Positions 56,469 through 64,000 of a stretch of DNA of 64,000 nt are shown here, piece by piece. Source of the stretch: an uncultured archaeon (GTDB lineage Archaea; Thermoplasmatota; Penumbrarchaeia; JASLWR01); contig CAYFHS010000013.1 in assembly GCA_964342815.1 (NCBI GenBank), positions 32,001-96,000 of the forward strand. Reading direction: 5' to 3'. The first letter of the stretch is position 1. Each line of letters begins with the position of its first letter. The translations under genes were made by a program, and so were the position numbers. The notes beneath the pieces are model-generated. The model ran no database searches, had not been told where the DNA came from, and saw nothing but the letters and a program-made list of their open reading frames with translations.

Positions 56469-57251
56469 TTAAAAATTCACCTGGCACAGGTAAACGTAGT
56501 CTACGTTTATGCCACTTTTGGCGTTTATGGTCAATTTCCAGATATCGAATTCGGTTGCTGCAAGGTACTGGTATGGGATGGTTAGTACCTTAACCTGGGT
56601 GGAGCCCGTGGGGTCCTGTTCCAGGGTGCTGGCGTAGAGAGTCCCATTGGGATAGTAAATGGACATATCAAGCTGGTTCTGGTAGTGATCTCCCAGATTC
56701 TGCCCGCCGGAATAGCTCAGTTCCAGGGTAACGTCCGTGGCCATATCCTTAACGGGAATATCGTATTCCTCTTCTTCGGAGACCGACAGTGACGATACAA
56801 CTGACTCCCTGTAGCTGACGTGCAAAATAACTGATTTCGTGATATATTCGTGACCTGCAAACTCTGTTTCCACGCGGGCTTTATATCTGCCGGATACCGA
56901 GTATCTATGGACCACCGGTGACGCTGGATCGGAGTATGTTTTGGCCGAATCGTCACCGAAATCCCACCTGAAAGAACGGACCTGGCCGGTGATGTTAACA
57001 AATGCAAAGGTAACATCCATGGGAGCAAGCCCCTTGGTGCGGTTAACCTGTATCACAAAGCCGGGTTCCGGTTCCTCACCTTGGTTATCGTCATCTGGAT
57101 CCGTGCAGCCGGAAAGAAGCGTTGAAACCACGAGAATCGTGACCATCAGGAGACTAATTCTCCCTTTTACATGCCCTGCGACATCCATCATTGCATAAAT
57201 CCCGTTCGGACTATAAAACACTTTTGCAGCATTGTAAACCGACCTTACCAC
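56469..57251 (-). CDS. PKD-domain lipoprotein
   Basis: Lipobox LLSGC; GLAPMDVTF...WDFGD...VVHRY...G.Y PKD motif; real start probably downstream of 57251. Confidence 0.8.
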   Translation of the reverse strand: MVRSVYNAAKVFYSPNGIYAMMDVAGHVKGRISLLMVTILVVSTLLSGCTDPDDDNQGEEPEPGFVIQVNRTKGLAPMDVTFAFVNITGQVRSFRWDFGDDSAKTYSDPASPVVHRYSVSGRYKARVETEFAGHEYITKSVILHVSYRESVVSSLSVSEEEEYDIPVKDMATDVTLELSYSGGQNLGDHYQNQLDMSIYYPNGTLYASTLEQDPTGSTQVKVLTIPYQYLAATEFDIWKLTINAKSGINVDYVYLCQVNF

Positions 57252-57253
57252 CT

Positions 57254-57769
57254 TTATGAAAACATGTCGCGTATTTCCATTTCTTCCCTTATCCGCCTCC
57301 GTTTTCCTGTTCGAGTTATATAAAAAATAAGAATGATCAGAGAGATAAGGCCGCCGATACCCGCTCCCATGATACCGTTCACATATTTGGAATATATCTC
57401 CTCACGGTAGCCCTCGAAACCGGATTCGTACAACGGATGATATAATTCAAATTTTTCATCCAGCTCCCTTCTATGGCCCGAATCCTGCTCATGATAATTT
57501 TTTTCGGCTCTATAGCGAGTCTCGTTATGATAATATCCCATGATCAGACTTCCATCGACATCTCTTATATTATCGCCCGGGCTCACAGTGGGATAGATCT
57601 TTTTGAAAACTGCAAGGCAGGTAACGGCTGCCAGGATGACCACGGTGATGACCAGTAAAGCCATAATTGCCTTTGGCCTGCGTTTCAGAACCAGTATCAG
57701 CAGTATCGCAGGGACCATTACAAAGACCGTACCCAATCCCAACTGGGCCGGTTGAACCGATATCGACAT
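57254..57769 (-). CDS. Hypothetical membrane protein
   Basis: Two N-terminal TMs and one C-terminal TM; co-oriented between nadC and the lipoprotein gene. Confidence 0.7.
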   Translation of the reverse strand: MSISVQPAQLGLGTVFVMVPAILLILVLKRRPKAIMALLVITVVILAAVTCLAVFKKIYPTVSPGDNIRDVDGSLIMGYYHNETRYRAEKNYHEQDSGHRRELDEKFELYHPLYESGFEGYREEIYSKYVNGIMGAGIGGLISLIILIFYITRTGKRRRIREEMEIRDMFS

Positions 57770-57785
57770 CTTTCTCCACCATGTA

Positions 57786-58685
57786 CTATTGAAAGTCCAT
57801 CAACATAGTGAAATCGAGAGAACTGTAGGAATGAGTGAGCGATCCTATGGATATGATATCCCCGTAAGGTGCGTAATCGCCAATATTTTCTAATGAGATG
57901 TTCCCCGATATCTCAATTAGGGTGCGCCCGGACCGGGACAGCTTTATTTTTTCCAGGTGTTCCCTGCATTCCCTTACTTCGGAGGGTTTCATGTTATCCA
58001 GCATTATGATGTCGGGGGAAAAATCCACGGCTTCCTTGAACTGGTCCACCGTTTCCACCTCGATGTCGATCTTTTTCGAAAAAGATATTTTCTCGTTTGC
58101 CTGCTTGAGTATCTTCGTCACTCCCCCGCAGGCCCGGATATGATTCTCCTTGATGAGCGCCATGTCGTCCAGGGAATAACGGTGCGGGTCCCCGCCACCT
58201 ACTCGAACCGCCTTCTTTTCGAAATACCTGAATCCCGGGGTAGTCTTTCTCGTGGCCGCTATCTTGACGTTTTCGTTCACCGGGCGGACCCTCTCGACAA
58301 ATTTCCGGGTCTTGGTGGCGATCCCGCTCATTCGCGCCAGAATGTTCAATCCCACCCGTTCCGTTCGGAGGATATCCTTCACGTTCCCCTCCACGGTGCA
58401 TAACACAGTTCCGGGGGTTATTTGCGAACCGTCTTGAAGCGGATTTTTAATAACACAATTCGAAAGACTGAAAAGAGCAATCAGTTCTTCGAGCCCAGCC
58501 ACCACTCCCCCTTCTTTTGCAATTATACTTGCTCTTGCGTGCCGGTCTGGTAGAAGATTTTCCGAGGTAATATCCCCCGAACGTACATCCTCTTTCAGGT
58601 AACTGTTCAGCAATTCGGTTATTCCGTAAGTTCCAGCCCCATGACTTCCCCGCGGCATCGAACATTCACCCCTTGAACTTAGCAA
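57786..58685 (-). CDS. nadC: Nicotinate-nucleotide pyrophosphorylase (quinolinate phosphoribosyltransferase)
   Basis: EDVRSGDITS, ILRTERVGLN, ATRKTTPG, GGGDPHRYSLDDMALIKENH, IEVET, IMLDN, ISIGSLTHS. Confidence 0.95.
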   Translation of the reverse strand: MLSSRGECSMPRGSHGAGTYGITELLNSYLKEDVRSGDITSENLLPDRHARASIIAKEGGVVAGLEELIALFSLSNCVIKNPLQDGSQITPGTVLCTVEGNVKDILRTERVGLNILARMSGIATKTRKFVERVRPVNENVKIAATRKTTPGFRYFEKKAVRVGGGDPHRYSLDDMALIKENHIRACGGVTKILKQANEKISFSKKIDIEVETVDQFKEAVDFSPDIIMLDNMKPSEVRECREHLEKIKLSRSGRTLIEISGNISLENIGDYAPYGDIISIGSLTHSYSSLDFTMLMDFQ

Positions 58686-58688
58686 TTC

Positions 58689-61600
58689 TTACTCTTCTTC
58701 CTCCTCCTCTTCCTCCTCTCCCACCTGTTGAGATACCCATTCCTCCACCTCTTTAGCCCGATCATCTTCCCCTTCTCCATCCCCCAACATTATCTCTATA
58801 TCGTCCTCACTGATGGCGAATTCATCATCCTCTTCAGGCTCGTATTCCTCTTCGGGTTCCATATCTTCGTCTTCAAGCTCAATATCGTCGATATCTATAT
58901 CCAGATCATCTCCAACGCCAAGGTCCAGGTCCAGGAGATCGAAATCGAGATCCTCTTCTTCCTCGGGTTCCGGTTCCACGGGAATTTCCTCCGGTTTTTC
59001 TTCCACAGTGGGCGGCTCGGGGGGTTCCTCCGAGACTGCTTCTTCGGATGCACCCCAGGGCGGTGTTTCGGGTTCCGGCTCTTTCACTTTCTTCTTCCGT
59101 GGTTTCGCTTTTTTCTTTCTTTCTTTCTTTTTGAGCATCTCCTCCGGAAGCATCTCGTCAATGTCCAAAGCTTCCTCGGGTTCCTCATCATCGTCGAGTA
59201 TTACCTTTTTCCTCTTCTTTCTTTTCGGTTCTTCAGGGACCTCTTCTTCCTCGGGTTCGGGTTCTTCCTCTTCCTCCGGCTCCTCTATCTTTTCCGGTTC
59301 TTCATCCGGTTTCTTCTCCGGAAGCTCTGCTGCCGGACCCATCTTCTCCTCTTTCTTCTCCTTTTTCTTCCTCTTTTCCAGCTTTTTCTCCGGTTCCTCT
59401 TCTTCCTCTTCCTTCTTGTCCTTCTTTTCCTTGCCCTTTCCTTCCTTCTTGTCCTTCTCCCGCTTCTTGATAATGAGGAAAATGATGAGAAGCAGGAATA
59501 TCAGCCCTAAGATGATAAGAGCGATCAGGAGGAACAAATTCGGGTCTTTTTCATCCTCCTTTTCAGGAATGATGTCCTCCTGCTTCACCTCCCTTTCATC
59601 ATCGGGAAACTGATCCAGCTTCAATCCAGTGGTTGAATCTTCCGCTGACATACCTGGATTCCACCTATCCGGGGCCCCGTCCTCATCCGTGTCGACGCTT
59701 GCTGCGGGATCCTGTGGAAATGCGTCCGGGTAAGGTCTACCGTACACGTCCACGAGGGTGCTGTCGTTCCTGACCAGATATTCATCGTCACCATCCTTTA
59801 TCTTCCATCCCTCATCGTCTGCGGACCAAGCAATGGAAGTCTGGAGCTTGATACCATTATCTCCAAAAGCGTTCTTTAGGCGAAGGTCCACGGATCCATT
59901 CTTGAGATGCTCGCTGTAATCCTGCGGCAGCTGGAACAGCAGAACCCACGTGACGGAATTCTTCTGCGTCTTATTGGGCAGCCATTCGTCCGGAAGACCG
60001 TCGCCGTCCGTATCCATTGCTGCCGCTGGGTCTTCAGGTAAATTGTCGGCGTTATCGCCCACGCCGTCCCCATCAGTGTCTTTCCATTCGGTGGAATCGT
60101 TCAGGAATTGGGTACCATTAACACCACCCTTGGATGAACCGTTAGGGTTCAGGCTTTCATACTGAGGTTCATTATCATCAGTGATCCCGTCGCCATCCTG
60201 GTCATTGGTACTCACGTTCAGGAGATAGGGGGGGGACGTGAAAAAATTCCCCGAAGTATCGTTCAAAATGATACGGAGCCGCACGTATCCCACGGAAAAA
60301 TCAGGAGTGCTGAGGACGGCCATCCTGTTATTGAACATCATGGAATTTGCATAGTTGGTGTTATTCTCTGTTGCATTAACATTTGTGTATTCCAGTTTTG
60401 CTCCCACTAGTGATGAGGGATCGTCGACGTTGTCCTCTCGACTGATTGTAACTTTTATTTTCTTCCCTGCAACGATAGAGGTGGTTTCGTCGCTCTCAAT
60501 GGAAGTGAACCTGTCAGGTTTAAGCTCGAGTTCGATCCCAATAAGTGTCGCCGCGATTATGTCTTTGACATAAACCAATTGGACGGGGGTCAAGTTGAAG
60601 TTTCCCCTGGTATCGCTGACATTGAAATAATAGTACAATTCCTTGGCGTCCTCGGGAACATTCACCGTGACAAGGAAAGACCCGTCATCCCAGATCATCG
60701 GATTCAGTGTGATATCCGATGGCCAAGAGGGTTTAAAATCGTAGATTAGTGTCACTTTAAGCCTTTCCGGATCGTCCACGTTGTCATAGGCCTTGATCGA
60801 TAGAGTTAACTTTTCGTTGGTTTCAGGGGGATCCGGCGAAAAGGACGCGTTTCCCTCAATACGGGGGTACATGCTATCATTGACGGTGATCTTGTAATCG
60901 CCCAGGCGAAGGAACATGTCGTTCACGTCGAATATCTCCAGATAATAGGTAAGGTTCGAGCCGTTAAGCGTGGATATGCTTTTCCCGAAATGCTGCAGCA
61001 TCCGAGCATAGCTGATGTGAAAGTATCCCGACCTCCCGTCGCCGGATATTTCCGAATACAGCTCCATGGGTTCGGGCCATTCTTCCGTTCCTTCCTCCTT
61101 TATGTAGATCAGGGTCTTGTTCAGCCCAATGTTGTCCGTTGCATGGAGACTGACGGTAAAATCATCCCCCGTTCCCGCATCGAAATTTCCCGTAAAGTTA
61201 GCATCCGCAATAGGGGCATCATCATCAACGAATGAAATAACGTACGGGATCCCTCGACTTCCCAGAGCATCCATATTCCCCGCCGCGTCATATATATGAA
61301 TGTAATAATACAGTGATGTCCCGTCTGTGGTGTCAAAACCGTGGTCCGTGTAAAGCGTTATTGGATAGGAGAGATGAAACGATCCCTCGCCCGCCGAATA
61401 TTCCATCTCCAATTCCATCCATTCACCGTCCATTCCCTTCTTGATATGCAGGGTGGCTTCGGTGAGACCCACGTTATCCGTTGCCGAACATTGTATGGTG
61501 AAATCGTTGTTCGTTCCCCTGGTGACGTTGCCGGTAAGGTCGATAGCAACGGGAGCAATGGAATCTATCACGGAGAAATTATAGGCCCATCCAACGGGAA

Positions 61601-63998
61601 CCGTTATGGAATTTCCACTAAGATCGAACACGGTTACGTTAAACTCGACTCTCCCGACCCTGTCGAGGTCCGAAAATACCGTCAAGTTATACGTGGCACC
61701 CTGATGCATCATGGTAAGCTGTTTCGTACCCTTATCGTCATATATACCGGACAAGGTGATACTCACATTCTGGATCTGAAAAGTATTATCGAAGACGTTC
61801 ACGATTATATCGATCTCATCCCCCGTATTATATACCTTATCGAAAAGAGGATCGCCAACCAGTTCGGGGAGGTCATTGTCCGTGACATTGAAAACTATGA
61901 CATCATCTTCAGCAGCGGCCCGATCGAAAGCGATCCCGCCCTTGACGACATATGGGTGGTTAGTACCATCAGAGACGTGATAAAATACTTGAACATAAGC
62001 CGCATCACCAGGGACCTGAAGAGTATTGTTCCAGATTTCCGCTTCCAATGGCGAGCCGCCAGTTACCTTTTCCAGTACTACCCGTGAAAAGAGATTATCT
62101 TCCTGGTTGTTCGTATATACGAATTTGTAATAATAATATACAAATGCCACTGCGATGTTATCGTTGGCCCGGACACTCAGATTTACCACATCGCCGGTGG
62201 TGAAATTCTTATTCAAATCCACGGCGCTGGGATTTTCATCATCTATCATCTGACGGGTCCTGACAGCCGTACTCGTCCAGTTCCCTTCCCCATCCTTGGC
62301 GGAAAAGAAAAAATACAAGGTTCCCGCAAAATCGTTTCTGAGAGAAATGGTCCGATTGAAGGGATTGGGTGTCATTAATGTTTTGTTTAAGTGCTGCCCG
62401 GCGTTCCCATACCAATATTCCACAGTGGATAGATTGACCTCCACATTGTCGTATATGGAAATCGCGAAATTGAACAGATTGCCGGTAAATGCCGTGCCGG
62501 TGCTTTCATCATAACCGAAAACTGGATGTTGGTTGTCATATATTCTCACGGACCGGTTTGCCGTCTGATTCCAGTTACCTGACTGGTCCTTTACCAAGAA
62601 GGTATAGTTCAATACTCCAGAAATATTTGCCGAGAGTTGGATATCGTAGAAATACGGACCGTTCCCACTCATGCTGTTGTTGACAGGAATATCTCCTCTA
62701 CCCACAAATTCATACCGGACCCTTACTTCAACCACCAGGACGTTATCCGAAGCGTCTGTTGTGAAGTTCAGCCACCCGCCTGTGACGCTCCAGCCAGGCG
62801 TGTTGTCGTTCTCGATAACCGGCAGTTCATCGTCTGCGATATTTGCGGTCTGATTCCCCGAGGAATTCCAGTTCCCCTGGTCATCAACGGCCGAGATCAG
62901 ATAATTCAATACTCCTGTAAAATCATTTCGAAGGGTGATAGTACGCACGTAATATCCATTTACAAGATTCATGGACAGGTTCGTGTGTCCACCACCTGCA
63001 CCATACCAGTATTCAATGAAAACACCATTTATGTTGATATTGTCCGACCAGCTGCAGTTGAAAACGAACTCTTCGCCCGTGTAACCGGTATTCGGCACAC
63101 TCTTGTTCACGAGGCGGGGTAATATCAAATCGGTAACGGCCACCTGGGCAGGTGAAGTGACGTTCCAATTCCCGGATGTATCGTTCGACCAGAAATAGTA
63201 GGTCAAGGTCCCGTCGGCGTCCAAGGGCAATGTCACCGTCTTTGTATACGGGTTCGCACCACCGAGAGAAAGATTATATGAATAATTACCTATGGTATAG
63301 TTAACTCTCACCGAGTCGAGATTCGTATTATCCGTCACTGTGATATTGAAGGTCAGGTTTCCCCCGCAAACGCCCGAATTGGGTGTTGAATTCTGGCCGA
63401 AAACAGGTCCGTCATTATCCAATATACTGGAGTTCAGCAGGAGCAACTGTTCCCAATTACCTGCTGTATCATTTGCTGAGAAATTGTAATGCAAGGTACC
63501 TACAAAATCATTTCTGAGCTGGATAGTGTGCTCGTATGAATCTCCTCCAACGTTAACCATTGTGACATTCGTATGATTTCCATTCCCGTACCAGTATTCG
63601 ACCCATGCATTAAAAATTTCTATATTTTCCTTCCACGAACAATTGAACACAAAAGGATCGCCAGTGTAACCAAGTGCTGGCGTGTTGGTACCGTTATTTA
63701 CCGGAGGATCATCGTCCATGACGGAGACGTTGGAAACTCCCGTCTCATTCCAGTTTCCAGAAGAATCCACGCAAGATATATTGTAATGGAGGGTTGCATT
63801 GGAGTTTGCCGGAAGAGTTATGTTCCTGGTAAAATAGGAGGTGTTCTGGACATTGGACAGGGAGACATTGGTGCCGTTCTGAGGGGCATCATTCCCATAC
63901 CAGTAAAGGACCCGGGCCACGAGGTTTCCAGGCGAATCCAAATTATCTTGGGCGGATACGTTAAAAACAAAACTATCATTCGTGGTTCCGCTTGGGTT
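58689..63998 (-). CDS. Giant surface protein (5' end outside window): ~100-aa Ig-like repeats, Ca-binding repeats, TM, Lys/Glu then acidic tail
   Basis: Frame stays open to the window edge; repeated DN....v.v.YWYG...N.sM...Y...DxSGNWN.T...v.D.d.P units; DxFPxDPAAS; TM; about 270-aa charged tail. Confidence 0.85.
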   Translation of the reverse strand, partial: NPSGTTNDSFVFNVSAQDNLDSPGNLVARVLYWYGNDAPQNGTNVSLSNVQNTSYFTRNITLPANSNATLHYNISCVDSSGNWNETGVSNVSVMDDDPPVNNGTNTPALGYTGDPFVFNCSWKENIEIFNAWVEYWYGNGNHTNVTMVNVGGDSYEHTIQLRNDFVGTLHYNFSANDTAGNWEQLLLLNSSILDNDGPVFGQNSTPNSGVCGGNLTFNITVTDNTNLDSVRVNYTIGNYSYNLSLGGANPYTKTVTLPLDADGTLTYYFWSNDTSGNWNVTSPAQVAVTDLILPRLVNKSVPNTGYTGEEFVFNCSWSDNININGVFIEYWYGAGGGHTNLSMNLVNGYYVRTITLRNDFTGVLNYLISAVDDQGNWNSSGNQTANIADDELPVIENDNTPGWSVTGGWLNFTTDASDNVLVVEVRVRYEFVGRGDIPVNNSMSGNGPYFYDIQLSANISGVLNYTFLVKDQSGNWNQTANRSVRIYDNQHPVFGYDESTGTAFTGNLFNFAISIYDNVEVNLSTVEYWYGNAGQHLNKTLMTPNPFNRTISLRNDFAGTLYFFFSAKDGEGNWTSTAVRTRQMIDDENPSAVDLNKNFTTGDVVNLSVRANDNIAVAFVYYYYKFVYTNNQEDNLFSRVVLEKVTGGSPLEAEIWNNTLQVPGDAAYVQVFYHVSDGTNHPYVVKGGIAFDRAAAEDDVIVFNVTDNDLPELVGDPLFDKVYNTGDEIDIIVNVFDNTFQIQNVSITLSGIYDDKGTKQLTMMHQGATYNLTVFSDLDRVGRVEFNVTVFDLSGNSITVPVGWAYNFSVIDSIAPVAIDLTGNVTRGTNNDFTIQCSATDNVGLTEATLHIKKGMDGEWMELEMEYSAGEGSFHLSYPITLYTDHGFDTTDGTSLYYYIHIYDAAGNMDALGSRGIPYVISFVDDDAPIADANFTGNFDAGTGDDFTVSLHATDNIGLNKTLIYIKEEGTEEWPEPMELYSEISGDGRSGYFHISYARMLQHFGKSISTLNGSNLTYYLEIFDVNDMFLRLGDYKITVNDSMYPRIEGNASFSPDPPETNEKLTLSIKAYDNVDDPERLKVTLIYDFKPSWPSDITLNPMIWDDGSFLVTVNVPEDAKELYYYFNVSDTRGNFNLTPVQLVYVKDIIAATLIGIELELKPDRFTSIESDETTSIVAGKKIKVTISREDNVDDPSSLVGAKLEYTNVNATENNTNYANSMMFNNRMAVLSTPDFSVGYVRLRIILNDTSGNFFTSPPYLLNVSTNDQDGDGITDDNEPQYESLNPNGSSKGGVNGTQFLNDSTEWKDTDGDGVGDNADNLPEDPAAAMDTDGDGLPDEWLPNKTQKNSVTWVLLFQLPQDYSEHLKNGSVDLRLKNAFGDNGIKLQTSIAWSADDEGWKIKDGDDEYLVRNDSTLVDVYGRPYPDAFPQDPAASVDTDEDGAPDRWNPGMSAEDSTTGLKLDQFPDDEREVKQEDIIPEKEDEKDPNLFLLIALIILGLIFLLLIIFLIIKKREKDKKEGKGKEKKDKKEEEEEEPEKKLEKRKKKEKKEEKMGPAAELPEKKPDEEPEKIEEPEEEEEPEPEEEEVPEEPKRKKRKKVILDDDEEPEEALDIDEMLPEEMLKKKERKKKAKPRKKKVKEPEPETPPWGASEEAVSEEPPEPPTVEEKPEEIPVEPEPEEEEDLDFDLLDLDLGVGDDLDIDIDDIELEDEDMEPEEEYEPEEDDEFAISEDDIEIMLGDGEGEDDRAKEVEEWVSQQVGEEEEEEEEE

Positions 63999-64000
63999 TG

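Noticed and set aside
58728-59613. Phe-rich and Ser-rich plus-strand ORFs
   Set aside because: Antisense readouts of the Glu/Lys/Asp low-complexity tail of the giant minus-strand gene

Overview
Archaeal genomic window, most consistent with Thermoplasmatota (RpL10e, RpoL, TruD, archaeal-type RibC/RibL, an intron-containing tRNA, a PGF-CTERM protein, many large membrane-anchored surface proteins). Left to right: tail of a sugar-modification cluster (acetyltransferase, DegT aminotransferase); MthK-like K+ channel; orphan AbrB antitoxin; AAA_14 ATPase; NosD/PKD surface protein; an intact 2108-aa single-chain acetyl-CoA carboxylase of the eukaryotic type (BC-BT-BCCP-central domain-CT), the standout finding; M20 peptidase; a ~7-kb AT-rich island of membrane proteins (JAB, C2-like, pilin-like, sequon-dense) beside tRNA-Ala(GGC), which has a 48-nt BHB intron and a duplicated 3' end; a four-gene ABC exporter; flippase; a second orphan antitoxin; ribB-ribL-ribC-ribH; trmJ-rpoL-truD-rpl10e; a TRAM protein; and ~26 kb of mostly surface-protein genes (two Omp28/thioredoxin-like paralogs related by circular permutation, WD40-PGF-CTERM, beta-helix/TPR, ComEC-like MBL, PKD lipoprotein, a 5'-truncated giant Ig-repeat protein) with nadC embedded. 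A dispersed three-hairpin intergenic element with covarying stems occurs at least four times. No CRISPR array, rRNA, integrase or transposase was seen. All assignments come from motif recognition by eye; no database search was run.
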